Positions 8,659 to 17,553 of a DNA stretch of 53,634 nt are shown piece by piece. The translations under genes were made by a program, and so were the position numbers. Source of the DNA: a virus (taxonomy: Duplodnaviria; Caudoviricetes); the IMG/VR virus record IMGVR_UViG_3300026187_000020, positions 1 to 53,634 of that record; one strand, written 5' to 3'. Each line of letters opens with the position of its first letter. Position 1 is the stretch's first letter. The notes beneath the pieces were generated by a model. That model was given only the letters and a program-made list of their open reading frames with translations. It was not told the origin of the DNA and ran no database searches.

Positions 8659-8800
8659 GGTTTTCAAACCAGTCTTCTAGATCATCATCTTTAGTAGGAA
8701 CATACTCTTGATAAGTATGCCCCCATTTCTCATCAATCTCTTTTACAAGATTGCTGAAAGAGATCTTGTCTAGATGCTCTTTCTTTTCTTCAGGTGTCAT
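8648..8800 (-). CDS. hypothetical protein (50 aa)
   Basis: Hand-translated MTPEEKKEHLDK...FENREN*. Confidence 0.6.
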   Translation of the reverse strand: MTPEEKKEHLDKISFSNLVKEIDEKWGHTYQEYVPTKDDDLEDWFENREN

Positions 8801-8807
8801 TTTAGTT

Positions 8808-9011
8808 TTAGTAGCCATACATTGGTTCCCTCCAAATTGACGTTACAGTGTGGATATCGCTATCAATAGCTCCATAAAGCCTAAAAGCCTTAGTTCTAGC
8901 TTGAGCTTCGGCGTCTTCAAAAGACTCTTTGCTTTCAGCAACAATTCGGAAGTTCTTCAACTCTCCCCAAAAACCATAGTCTGCGGTGCCTTTAATCTCA
9001 GCTGCGTACAT
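8808..9011 (-). CDS. hypothetical early protein
   Basis: GGAG RBS, TAATG overlap. Confidence 0.7.
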   Translation of the reverse strand: MYAAEIKGTADYGFWGELKNFRIVAESKESFEDAEAQARTKAFRLYGAIDSDIHTVTSIWREPMYGY

Positions 9012-9136
9012 TAGTTTATCTCCAGTGTTGGTAGTTGGTACTCTCCATCGATGATGAAGAAAGGATTGACTTCAGTAGTAAACTCGTAGTCTTTCCACGA
9101 GTTCATGTATTCCACAAAGAAGTTATAGTCAAGCAT
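9011..9136 (-). CDS. hypothetical protein (41 aa)
   Basis: Hand-translated MLDYNFFVEY...LEIN*; GGAGG RBS. Confidence 0.6.
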   Translation of the reverse strand: MLDYNFFVEYMNSWKDYEFTTEVNPFFIIDGEYQLPTLEIN

Positions 9137-9275
9137 CTTGAAGTTCCTCCGCTTTTACTTGATCTTCAAGTGAAGTCAAGACCTGATTAATCAAGTCTTG
9201 TGCTTCGTCAGTTCTTCCTGCCATCAAAAGCATAAGAAACATCTCAAGTTTGAACTTCATCTGTTTCGCAGTCAT
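9129..9275 (-). CDS. hypothetical protein (48 aa)
   Basis: Hand-translated MTAKQMKFKL...LQDA*; AAGGAG RBS. Confidence 0.6.
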   Translation of the reverse strand: MTAKQMKFKLEMFLMLLMAGRTDEAQDLINQVLTSLEDQVKAEELQDA

Positions 9276-9286
9276 TCTACTTCTCC

Positions 9287-9673
9287 TTACTTGTAGAACA
9301 TGTGATTGCCAACTTTACCAACGTATTCTAGGTCAGAGACCCAGAAAGGACGGACATAATCGGCGTGATAGTGCGTAGCACCAGTACCAAACAACATGTT
9401 TGGATTCTCAAGGACTTCTTCAGCTAGTTTCTGAATATGTCCCCATTCTACTCGGTCAAGATGACTCATCCGAGTAGGATCGTCGTGTTTCCCATCATGA
9501 GTCCATGAAAATTGTTTAGTTTGCCAAACAACTCCACAAACTGTATCAGGATAGTGAGGTGAATCAACACGATTCAAAGTAACCTCTGCAACCATCATCT
9601 GGCCGTCAATAGGTTCATTACGAGCCTCAAAAAACACATTGAGGGCTAGGCACATAGCTGCTTCCATGATCAT
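9287..9673 (-). CDS. SleB/CwlJ-like cell wall hydrolase (Hydrolase_2)
   Basis: CLALNVFFEARNEP...VTLNRV...YPDTVCGVVWQ..QFSW...GATHYHA..V.P.W...GNHMFY. Confidence 0.92.
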   Translation of the reverse strand: MIMEAAMCLALNVFFEARNEPIDGQMMVAEVTLNRVDSPHYPDTVCGVVWQTKQFSWTHDGKHDDPTRMSHLDRVEWGHIQKLAEEVLENPNMLFGTGATHYHADYVRPFWVSDLEYVGKVGNHMFYK

Positions 9674-9924
9674 TTTCTTCTCCTCTTGGGTATTGGTCTT
9701 TTCAATCCTAGATATATATCTAGAAAGAAAAAGCCGATTGCAGTGCCAATATTAAAGCTTCCCGTTATATCAAACCCGTGGGTTACAAGAAAGCCAAGTA
9801 TTCCGACAATGCCGACAAATAGTGAAGGCGAGCCGAAGTAGTTGCGGTGAGATTCTAGAAAATAGCAAATAACTGCAAATCTAAATGCAATCATTACTAT
9901 TATAGTAGCGACGATATCTTCCAT
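9670..9924 (-). CDS. membrane protein
   Basis: Three hydrophobic segments and a basic C-terminus; start moved downstream of the hairpin at 9948-9965. Confidence 0.6.
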   Translation of the reverse strand: MEDIVATIIVMIAFRFAVICYFLESHRNYFGSPSLFVGIVGILGFLVTHGFDITGSFNIGTAIGFFFLDIYLGLKRPIPKRRRK

Positions 9925-9947
9925 ATTACACAAAGCCCGTACAATTG

Positions 9948-9965
9948 GCGGGGCCGAAGCCCCGC
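9948..9965 (-). other. UUCG-capped RNA hairpin
   Basis: GCGGGGC-TTCG-GCCCCGC just after a stop codon; no U tract. Confidence 0.6.
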
Positions 9966-9974
9966 TGTTTGTTT

Positions 9975-10409
9975 TTATTGACATCCATCGTTTAGAATGT
10001 CAAGCGTTGTGCCAATCGCCATGCCCATGACACCAACAGTTGCCATCATTGATGCGGTAAATGGCAACCACGGACCAGAGAATGCAGCCAAGCCCAGGTA
10101 TGACCCAGACATTCCAGCACCATAGCCAACTGTCGTTGCACTGACTTGTGTACCAGTCATAGCAATTGCAGCTCCGTAAGTTGCACCAGCGGATGCGCCA
10201 ATTATGGCACCATCTGCATTTTCAACAATGCAGTTACCGACGTCCGACAAAATGTTTGTCGAGTTTATCGAAAATCTTTGAGCGTCTGTCAGTTCAATTA
10301 CTATACCAGCGTCTTTAAGTCTGGCAAGTCCGTCATTGTCAGCGACGGCAGTAGTCGAAGTGCTTGCAACTACAAACACAGAGAGAATAGTGGTTACGAT
10401 CTTTTTCAT
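9975..10409 (-). CDS. exported protein with Gly/Ala-rich hydrophobic C-terminal half
   Basis: Signal peptide MKKIVTTILSVFVVA...AVA; GxxxG-rich segments. Confidence 0.75.
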   Translation of the reverse strand: MKKIVTTILSVFVVASTSTTAVADNDGLARLKDAGIVIELTDAQRFSINSTNILSDVGNCIVENADGAIIGASAGATYGAAIAMTGTQVSATTVGYGAGMSGSYLGLAAFSGPWLPFTASMMATVGVMGMAIGTTLDILNDGCQ

Positions 10410-10440
10410 GTTGATCTCCTCTTGGTTTCCACTTGGTTGT

Positions 10441-10478
10441 TGATACTATTGTATCATTATAGATGCCTAAAAAATCTC
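10441..10478 (-). promoter_or_regulatory. early promoter/hairpin element, class E copy 3
   Basis: GAGA-N8-GCATCTATAA-TGATAC-AATA-GTATCA. Confidence 0.8.
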
Positions 10479-10668
10479 ACTTTTTAGACATCATTTTGGC
10501 ATTATTTTCTGCTTCATACTCACGATATTTTCTAGAAGCCAAAATAGCAACTACGATATCACCCGCATAAAATAATAGTACTAATGCCCATACTATTAAC
10601 CACGGCCAATAAAAATTCCAAGTCATTTGACCGTACAGCTCTGCGAGTGTAAAAGTTTCTTGTTCCAT
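10477..10668 (-). CDS. small single-pass membrane protein
   Basis: Trp-rich TM segment; GAGGAG RBS; lies between the two direct repeats. Confidence 0.75.
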   Translation of the reverse strand: MEQETFTLAELYGQMTWNFYWPWLIVWALVLLFYAGDIVVAILASRKYREYEAENNAKMMSKK

Positions 10669-10701
10669 GGTATATTCTCCTCTTGGTTTCCACTTGGTTG
10701 T

Positions 10702-10739
10702 TGATACTATTGTATCATTATAGATGCTACAATTTTCTC
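10702..10739 (-). promoter_or_regulatory. early promoter/hairpin element, class E copy 2
   Basis: GAGA-N8-GCATCTATAA-TGATAC-AATA-GTATCA. Confidence 0.8.
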
Positions 10740-10987
10740 ACTTTTTGTAGCATTATATCTGCAAATTCAACTTGTGTCATAAAGCAATTATTTGCAATAT
10801 CATACCATTTTGACCATTCATTTGTCCATTTATTATTTCTTAAATCTAATCCTGTTTTATCAAGCAAATTAATAATTGCAAATTGACCATCCCATTCGAC
10901 AATTCCATATTTGTAGCTACTAGGGAGTCGCTTGGCGTTAGCAATTGCCTCAATAAATTTTTCAGGTTCTTTGATCCACATAGTCAT
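10727..10987 (-). CDS. hypothetical early protein
   Basis: AAGGAG RBS directly after class E copy 1. Confidence 0.75.
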   Translation of the reverse strand: MTMWIKEPEKFIEAIANAKRLPSSYKYGIVEWDGQFAIINLLDKTGLDLRNNKWTNEWSKWYDIANNCFMTQVEFADIMLQKVRKL

Positions 10988-11002
10988 CTCCTTTTGGATA
11001 GT

Positions 11003-11040
11003 TGATACTAATGTATCATTATAGATGCCTTAATTTTCTC
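11003..11040 (-). promoter_or_regulatory. early promoter/hairpin element, class E copy 1
   Basis: GAGA-N8-GCATCTATAA-TGATAC-ATTA-GTATCA, immediately downstream of the late-operon terminator. Confidence 0.8.
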
Positions 11041-11073
11041 ACTTTTTTGTACGGGCTTTCTGACGTATTTGAT

Positions 11074-11101
11074 AAAAAAGGCCACCCCAAGCGGGATGAC
11101 C
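11074..11101 (-). terminator. intrinsic terminator closing the structural operon
   Basis: GGTCATCCC-GCTT-GGGGTGGCC-TTTTTT. Confidence 0.85.
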
Positions 11102-11106
11102 AGTTG

Positions 11107-11409
11107 TTATTTACGCTTCCATGAGCGTCTATTTTTATTATTTTGAGAACGATTAGAGTTCTTCAAATTACTCGGCTTATTATTTGCTCGATTTCTATCT
11201 TTGTGATCAACAGGTCCAGTGGTCTTTTTTCCTGTTGACATTTCTTTTATAATGCGGTGAACGTAGTACGCCTTCCCGTCAATACGGACAGTTTTGTAGC
11301 CATCGCCATGATTAGTTCCGGCAGGAGATCCCGCAGAACTTCTTCCACGGGATTCCTTCCAATATAACTGCCCACCTTTTCTTGTGAATAGTTTATTCCA
11401 ATTAGGCAA
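11107..11409 (-). CDS. HNH endonuclease
   Basis: GY..VRIDGK.YYVHRII...VDHKDRNRANN..SNL...SQN. Confidence 0.9.
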   Translation of the reverse strand: MPNWNKLFTRKGGQLYWKESRGRSSAGSPAGTNHGDGYKTVRIDGKAYYVHRIIKEMSTGKKTTGPVDHKDRNRANNKPSNLKNSNRSQNNKNRRSWKRK

Positions 11410-14400
11410 AACGACCTCTTTCTTTGTTTGTCATATTAACTCCCTGTGTAATCTGAGGAATCATAGCGACAATCTCTTTACGAGTCTGTCTAGATACATC
11501 ACCAGAAACATTAATATTGTATACTTGTTGAGATTGACCTGAGTCTTTAAATATTCTGTTAACCTGATTAGCAGGCACAACAAGTTCACCCGGAGTTAGC
11601 ATGGCAGGAACAGAGTCCTTTCCAATCTGAGAATATGGAGTACTAGGTACAATACCTCCAGAGCTAAATCTGAATAATGAGAAGATGCTCCCGAATCCAC
11701 CAAATAGTGAACCAAAGATATTTCCAAGCCCGCTAGTCAAACTACTAAAAAGAGAGCCAATTCCACCTAAAGCTCCGCCCTCTGAGAATAGTCCCTTAAA
11801 GATACTATTTTCACCAAACAAAGTTTTGCCATTAAATAGTTCAGACTTCTCAGCGCCGTCTTTAAATGATTTTGAAGCCTTTTCGCCCCATGTACCACCC
11901 ATACTAAGAAGGTTGTCAAAGATGTTATCGCTATTACCAAACATTCCTTCAAAAAGTTTGTCGGCAAAACCATCTACAAAACTATCAACAACTCTGCTTG
12001 TAAAGGAGTCTAGTAACATAAGACCAAACTCTTTAAAGTTTCCTGTCTTTAACGCCTCTTTGAAGCCCGCCCTAACATCTGCAAGGAAGGCTTGCCCCTG
12101 CGTCATGCCGTAAGTAGAATCTCCTCCACCTCCTGCAGCTGGCGCTGGCGCTCTGTCTCCCGCTACTCCTTCAAATTCAGACTGAAGAATAGCAGCATCA
12201 ACTGCTCGTGTTTGTGCACCTACTGCTTCTTCGAGTAGTTCTTCGGCTCTGATTAGACGACCTTTTAAGAACACATCATTTGGATTTTCCGTTAAAGCCG
12301 TTTCAATTGCAAAAAGACTATTTTCTAATTTGGTAACAGAGTCTTCAGAAGTAAGGTAGTTGTCTAAGTTAATTCCAGACAAAACACCTTCTTCAATTAA
12401 CAGGTTAACCTCTTCAATTGTGTAGCCAGTAGCCTCTTCGACTGATCCAGGCCGTAATTGCGGAGCGGGAGGTGTCCCCTTTACAAATCCTGTTAGTCTA
12501 CCACTATTAAGAGAGTCCATAAATGTACGACCATACTTTTTAACAGCAGAGGCTTGGACAACAAACTCACCATTGGAAAGTCTAGCGGGAATCATGTCAT
12601 CTGTTGGGCCACCAGAACCAGAAATATAGCCACCAGAGCTATAGCCGGGGGTCATAGAGTAACCTAATGCTGGAACAGCAGCTCTATACTCAGAAGGAAC
12701 TCCTTTTAATGTCTCAATATAGCTCCCTAATGCTTCAGTCAGAAGGCCAAGAGAGGTCGTCATGTTATCAACTTGCTCTACTTGTTCACCTTTAACAATC
12801 TCTACATCAGAAAGCCTTGAGAAAGATTCTGTCATAGCATTTGCAATTTCTGTAGCACTTAAGCTATTAAGAACATCTTCTCTAAACTGATCATTAATTT
12901 CACCTGCAGCGTTTTCTGAAGCCTTTGCAACCCCAGTATTTGTTACTGCGCTATTAATAGAATTAATCAACCCTTGAGAGGTAAGTACAATGCTAGAGAC
13001 GTCGCCTTCATTAAAACCAGCAAACAAGAGTGGGTTTAAAGCAGAAAGGTCTATTTCCCCTTTAGTAGTCTTAAATTGCTCGTTTAAAGCCGCAATGAAG
13101 GGGGTTGCAAACTTCTCGTCCTTTAAAACAGTTTTCCAAGCTTCGGAGACAGGTACGCCTTCTGAAATTAGCCTAGCCACTTCAGATTTGGTTGCAATAA
13201 ATGCATCATTATCTTTAAGGACTTTTGCAAAGTTTTGAGTAGGTTTTGACAGGCTATCAAATATCGCCCCTGATTCATTTAAGGCTGCGAAACCAGAAGC
13301 GAGATCTTCAGTTGTTGCGTCTATAAGCTTATTATTAGCTCTTGAGGTATAAGCGTAAAGAGCGCCAATACCCACTACGAGGGCAGCTCCTGCCCCTGCA
13401 ACACCAAGCCCAAGTGAAGCAAGGATGCCTGTAGAAATTGATCCCCAGATAAAGGTTCCGAGTTTCAATCCAGCTGCTGCAATACCATCATAGACAACTT
13501 GTGCCAACATAGCGGATCCAATAAATGCACCAATTTCTACAGCTAGACTCGCTCCATCACCCAAATCAAGAGCGTCTGAAATTTGAGATCCAATCTTAAC
13601 TGAGCCTATTAAACCAGCGCCCAATACAATCCCTGTTCTAAGGAATGTAGCTATTCTTGTTTTAAACAAGTTTGCTGCTGCAGAAGATTTTTTAAAATCA
13701 GCAACTTTATCGGGGTCTAATACAGGTGAAGGTGGCCCTGCTTGATTTCTTCCTTTGGGAGCCTCGGTAATAATATTTCCTTGAGAATCTCTCTTATAAA
13801 GATCCGGGGCATCCCCCGTAAGGGCAGAGGTAAATCCTGCAAACTGACCGCTAAGAAGGTCTAATAAGAATAACCCCCCGGACAACATAGCTGCTCTAAC
13901 ACTACTTGAGAAGAAAGCCGCAGTAACACCTACTACAATAACCCCCGCTAAGGATTTAGCAATTGGGTTTTCAGAAACAATCTTATCAAAGTCAAGACCT
14001 TCTAAAGTGCCTTCCCCAATAGCGGCAACTGTCTGAGAAAGATTTCCGATTAAGCCACCATCACCCTCAATCTTGTTAGAAATTGCAGTAAAGAGTGATT
14101 TTGATACTTTGGCAGCAAAAGCTTCAATGCCCTCGGCTGTCCAATTTGTAGTAAGAAGCTGAATCCCAACAATTCTAAGTAAGGCTCCCTGAGCGCCATA
14201 CTTTAAAAACGCAAGCCCACCTAAAATTGTATTACCCAAAGTAACATCAACCGCTTCACTTACAAATTCACTCCAGTCAAATCCAGTAACTTTGAGTTTA
14301 ATGCTTTGGTATTGCTCAGATACAGAGTCAGAAGCATTACCTGCAACGGCAACAACCCCAATGAATTTACCGTTTTCATCAAACAATGAAGAAGCTTTGA

Positions 14401-16813
14401 ACTTTTCTTCAATTTCCGTAATTTGATTGCCAATGTTCTTACTAATGTTTTCAAGATATTTAAAAATACCTCGTTTCTCTAGACCTTGTCCTGATTCATC
14501 AATGTCTTTATAAACAATAAGAGTAAAAATCCTAGAGATCTCATTCTTTAAGTTTTCAAAAACTTCTTTAACCTTTGTTTTAAACTGTTCAAACCTACTT
14601 AGGGCAGAGCCGTCGCCCTCCATAACTTCCTTAGCTTTGTCGTTTACATCTTCAACAAGGTCGGTAAAAGAAGAATTACCAATAACAGTATCGTAAAGAT
14701 CTTGAAAGAACCCTTTAACGTCTTCTACAAATTGTTTAATTGTGGCCACTGGGCCAGAACCAAGAAGATTTTGAGACTGCGCTTTAATCCCGTCAACCAT
14801 CTTAACAAAGCCAAAGAAAGGAGACTTTTCATTAGGCAACATTTCAGTAACGCCGGGGCCGACTAGTTGCTCGGCATATAGCGGCTCTGAGAAGTCCTTG
14901 CCCAAGTAGTCAATAGACATCTGATTTAGACTACTCAGCTTTTCTTTAATTTTCTCTCTAGCATTTTCAATTGCAACTGTAAATGTATTAACTAAAGATG
15001 AGGTTAGAGTTTCTGGGCTTCCAAAATTAATAGTAGACCATAGGCTAGAGATATAAGCACTTACATTTTCATAGGCGCTTAAGATACCTGAGAATACAGA
15101 GTCTTCATTAATGACTTTTTCTTTTTGGCCCGGACCTACTTCCTTAGTTACATAAAGTGGTCTGCTAAATAATTCCTTAAGACCTTCGCCCGAAAGCTTG
15201 CTCTTAATGTTGTTTTCAAAACCAAGGAAATCAATGCCTCGTGCAGCAAGATCTAGAGCAGAATTATAAGCATCAGTAATTGAACGTGTTAGAGGGCGGG
15301 GTTCATAAAATGTTTCAGAGCCACCTGGGCCGATAATTGTAACTTCTTTGTAAAATACAGAACGAATTGCGTCTTTAATACGACTCTTTAATTTTAGGAG
15401 TTTTGCTTTGTTACTCGCTATAACTTGATCAACAGTATTATCCCCAATTACTAGAACTTTAAAGTCTTCGTATGTAAACCCTTTAATATTTTCAAAAGAT
15501 GCTTTTGCAGAGTCTACAATAGATTGGCCAAGAAGCCCCATTGCCTCCCCAAAAGGGCGAGCTACATAGGTTGTTTGAGTACCGTCAGGGGTCTCAAATG
15601 TTTGTTTTTCGTAGAATATATTTGTAAAATATTCTTCAAGTTCCTTTTTAGTTTGTCTAAATCTTGCTTTGGTTGTTGTCTCATCAGCTCCAAAAACATT
15701 TTTATAAAAGAAATCTTTAACTGTTTTACTAAGATCTCTTTCGGCATAAATAGGGTCGCCAAAAGGAGTGTAGCTAATAACTTCGTCGGTATAGAAAATG
15801 CCTTGAGTAATTTCTCTGACTTTTTCTTTTATTCTTCGGCTTCCCTTGATAAGCCCAACAATAGCTTTGTCAAATATCTTGACTAAATTAACCCCAAAGA
15901 GTCCATCTAATGCGTTATTAATGTTTAAAAACTCTATATAAGCTCCAGTAGTAAAGGCAAAAACATTAACTTTAATTGCTCTTAAGTTAGCATCTAGTGT
16001 TCTTCTAAAATACCAAACTCTAGTAGTAAAAGATTCGATGATATTAACAAAGAAGTTTGATACACCAATTTGCCTATCTACTTCTCTAATAGCTGCTGTA
16101 AATTCATTCTTAAATACGGCAGAAACACTAGTAATAGTTTTGCCTAAAAGATCAAAGTCTTCGTCAATAACCCCAATTTGGCTTTCAATAGCTGTTAACA
16201 CAGTTTCAGCTGTTAAAACACCATCTTCTGCTAAACTTTTAAGTGCCCCTAGCTCTACACCTAAGCCATCAGCAATAGCTTGTGCTACTCTAGGAATTTG
16301 TTCTCTAACAGAGTTAAGTTCTTGGCCCCTTAATTCATTTGCAGCAAGACCTTGACCTAACTGAATAAGAGCTGCATTCGCAGATTCAGCGGACGCACCT
16401 GAGATAACGGTAGCTTTTTGGATAGCCTCTGTTACTTGCAGCAGTCTTGACGCATCAATATCTTTCATTGCCATGCCGAAGCGGTTAAATACTTCAACAG
16501 CACCTTCTACTTTGGTTCTAGAACGAGCGGCAATATCAAATAGTTGTTCTAGTCTTAGTCCAGCTTCATAGCTATTTTTAGTTACGAGATTAACTCTGTT
16601 CTCAAGATTTTTAATACTATCAGATGCGTTATTAATTCCAGTAATAACCCGAGCCGCTCCAAATGTAGCACTAATACCAAGGGCAAGATTTCTAAAAGTA
16701 GTGATAGTTTTAGAAACGGATGTTTCAATATTTTTTACTGACTTATCTAATTGATTAAGATCTCTTCTTGCCTGTGCCGTATTAGCACGGACTCTAATTT
16801 CTACACCACTCAT
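11402..16813 (-). CDS. tail tape measure protein
   Basis: N-terminal tape-measure domain (ALIQLGQGLAANELRGQELNSVREQIP), 1803 aa, C-terminal SSGG...DSVPAMLTPGE motif. Confidence 0.95.
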   Translation of the reverse strand: MSGVEIRVRANTAQARRDLNQLDKSVKNIETSVSKTITTFRNLALGISATFGAARVITGINNASDSIKNLENRVNLVTKNSYEAGLRLEQLFDIAARSRTKVEGAVEVFNRFGMAMKDIDASRLLQVTEAIQKATVISGASAESANAALIQLGQGLAANELRGQELNSVREQIPRVAQAIADGLGVELGALKSLAEDGVLTAETVLTAIESQIGVIDEDFDLLGKTITSVSAVFKNEFTAAIREVDRQIGVSNFFVNIIESFTTRVWYFRRTLDANLRAIKVNVFAFTTGAYIEFLNINNALDGLFGVNLVKIFDKAIVGLIKGSRRIKEKVREITQGIFYTDEVISYTPFGDPIYAERDLSKTVKDFFYKNVFGADETTTKARFRQTKKELEEYFTNIFYEKQTFETPDGTQTTYVARPFGEAMGLLGQSIVDSAKASFENIKGFTYEDFKVLVIGDNTVDQVIASNKAKLLKLKSRIKDAIRSVFYKEVTIIGPGGSETFYEPRPLTRSITDAYNSALDLAARGIDFLGFENNIKSKLSGEGLKELFSRPLYVTKEVGPGQKEKVINEDSVFSGILSAYENVSAYISSLWSTINFGSPETLTSSLVNTFTVAIENAREKIKEKLSSLNQMSIDYLGKDFSEPLYAEQLVGPGVTEMLPNEKSPFFGFVKMVDGIKAQSQNLLGSGPVATIKQFVEDVKGFFQDLYDTVIGNSSFTDLVEDVNDKAKEVMEGDGSALSRFEQFKTKVKEVFENLKNEISRIFTLIVYKDIDESGQGLEKRGIFKYLENISKNIGNQITEIEEKFKASSLFDENGKFIGVVAVAGNASDSVSEQYQSIKLKVTGFDWSEFVSEAVDVTLGNTILGGLAFLKYGAQGALLRIVGIQLLTTNWTAEGIEAFAAKVSKSLFTAISNKIEGDGGLIGNLSQTVAAIGEGTLEGLDFDKIVSENPIAKSLAGVIVVGVTAAFFSSSVRAAMLSGGLFLLDLLSGQFAGFTSALTGDAPDLYKRDSQGNIITEAPKGRNQAGPPSPVLDPDKVADFKKSSAAANLFKTRIATFLRTGIVLGAGLIGSVKIGSQISDALDLGDGASLAVEIGAFIGSAMLAQVVYDGIAAAGLKLGTFIWGSISTGILASLGLGVAGAGAALVVGIGALYAYTSRANNKLIDATTEDLASGFAALNESGAIFDSLSKPTQNFAKVLKDNDAFIATKSEVARLISEGVPVSEAWKTVLKDEKFATPFIAALNEQFKTTKGEIDLSALNPLLFAGFNEGDVSSIVLTSQGLINSINSAVTNTGVAKASENAAGEINDQFREDVLNSLSATEIANAMTESFSRLSDVEIVKGEQVEQVDNMTTSLGLLTEALGSYIETLKGVPSEYRAAVPALGYSMTPGYSSGGYISGSGGPTDDMIPARLSNGEFVVQASAVKKYGRTFMDSLNSGRLTGFVKGTPPAPQLRPGSVEEATGYTIEEVNLLIEEGVLSGINLDNYLTSEDSVTKLENSLFAIETALTENPNDVFLKGRLIRAEELLEEAVGAQTRAVDAAILQSEFEGVAGDRAPAPAAGGGGDSTYGMTQGQAFLADVRAGFKEALKTGNFKEFGLMLLDSFTSRVVDSFVDGFADKLFEGMFGNSDNIFDNLLSMGGTWGEKASKSFKDGAEKSELFNGKTLFGENSIFKGLFSEGGALGGIGSLFSSLTSGLGNIFGSLFGGFGSIFSLFRFSSGGIVPSTPYSQIGKDSVPAMLTPGELVVPANQVNRIFKDSGQSQQVYNINVSGDVSRQTRKEIVAMIPQITQGVNMTNKERGRFA

Positions 16814-16829
16814 GTATTCCTCCTTAAAT

Positions 16830-16874
16830 AAAAAAGCCCCCTAATGTATCTCGATAAGAGAGCCATCAGAGGGC
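16830..16874 (-). terminator. intrinsic terminator/attenuator upstream of the tape measure gene
   Basis: GCCCTCTGATG...CATTAGGGGGC 11-bp stem followed by TTTTTT. Confidence 0.7.
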
Positions 16875-16880
16875 ATAATT

Positions 16881-17210
16881 TTAATTAGGGGTTAACAAGC
16901 CAATCTTAGTTAGTACTTGTTCAATAAAGTATTTTGGGGCTTGTCTACTGTGCCCATTGTTTAAAACCGAAATATATTCCACCGGGTTTTCAATTTTTCC
17001 TGAAATAAATTTGTTGGCTTCCATTTGTTTTTCGCTACTCCAACCAGAACGTGCTTTACCAGTATCTACTGGTGTCACAACTCTTAAGGTTTCTGTAGCA
17101 TAATCTATTCTTTCGCCAATTTCTATATTAGAGAGGGCTGCGATTTCTCTCTCAACCCTTTCCATTTCTCTTTTAAAACTGACTTTATCAAGCGTAATTT
17201 TATTTGCCAT
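16881..17210 (-). CDS. HK97 gp10-like neck/tail completion protein
   Basis: TPVDTGKARSGW and NPVEYISVLNNGHSRQAP motifs. Confidence 0.85.
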   Translation of the reverse strand: MANKITLDKVSFKREMERVEREIAALSNIEIGERIDYATETLRVVTPVDTGKARSGWSSEKQMEANKFISGKIENPVEYISVLNNGHSRQAPKYFIEQVLTKIGLLTPN

Positions 17211-17553
17211 CTTTAAAATTAGGTTTCCAAGAACCATCGCCTCCCTTAGCTTTAAGCATTAGATCTAATATTTTACCTTTTGGTAGTGCCTTATCATCTT
17301 CTAATTTAGATTGTTCATGATTATGAATCTGTTTTAAAGCCGGGAATATAGTCTCTGGGTGCTCTTTTACACCTTGCGCTCTTAGAAGCATATAGGCTCT
17401 CTGATCATCTCTCCATCCAACAGGACGACGATTAAAGAACTCAAACCATTTAGTAAGCTCATCGTATGGCATATAGTCCATTATTTGATAGACAGGTATG
17501 CCTAATTGATAAGCAACTTCATAAATAGCTTCTTCCCGCTCGGTTAGTTTCCC
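17200..17553 (-). CDS. tail assembly chaperone, -1 frameshift extension (gpT-like)
   Basis: The -1 frame is open from the slippery site (LTEREEAIYEVAYQLGIPVYQIMDYMPYDEL...) into ORF 17200..17481. Confidence 0.85.
   Translation of the reverse strand, partial: GKLTEREEAIYEVAYQLGIPVYQIMDYMPYDELTKWFEFFNRRPVGWRDDQRAYMLLRAQGVKEHPETIFPALKQIHNHEQSKLEDDKALPKGKILDLMLKAKGGDGSWKPNFKDGK

Larger units (their letters stand above)
10415..10727. repeat. 52-bp perfect direct repeat (10415-10466 and 10676-10727)
   Basis: tctcctcttggtttccacttggttgttgatactattgtatcattatagatgc occurs twice, 261 bp apart, and spans promoter core, hairpin and RBS. Confidence 0.95.

Noticed and set aside
10415-11040. Spaced repeats resembling a CRISPR array or attC integron
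   Set aside because: Spacers are 200+ bp whole genes, the repeats contain promoter and RBS features, and no cas or integrase gene is in the window.
11056-11072. ctgacgt resembling the class L core
   Set aside because: Opposite orientation, and it lacks the AATAC and TTWAAGAA flanks.
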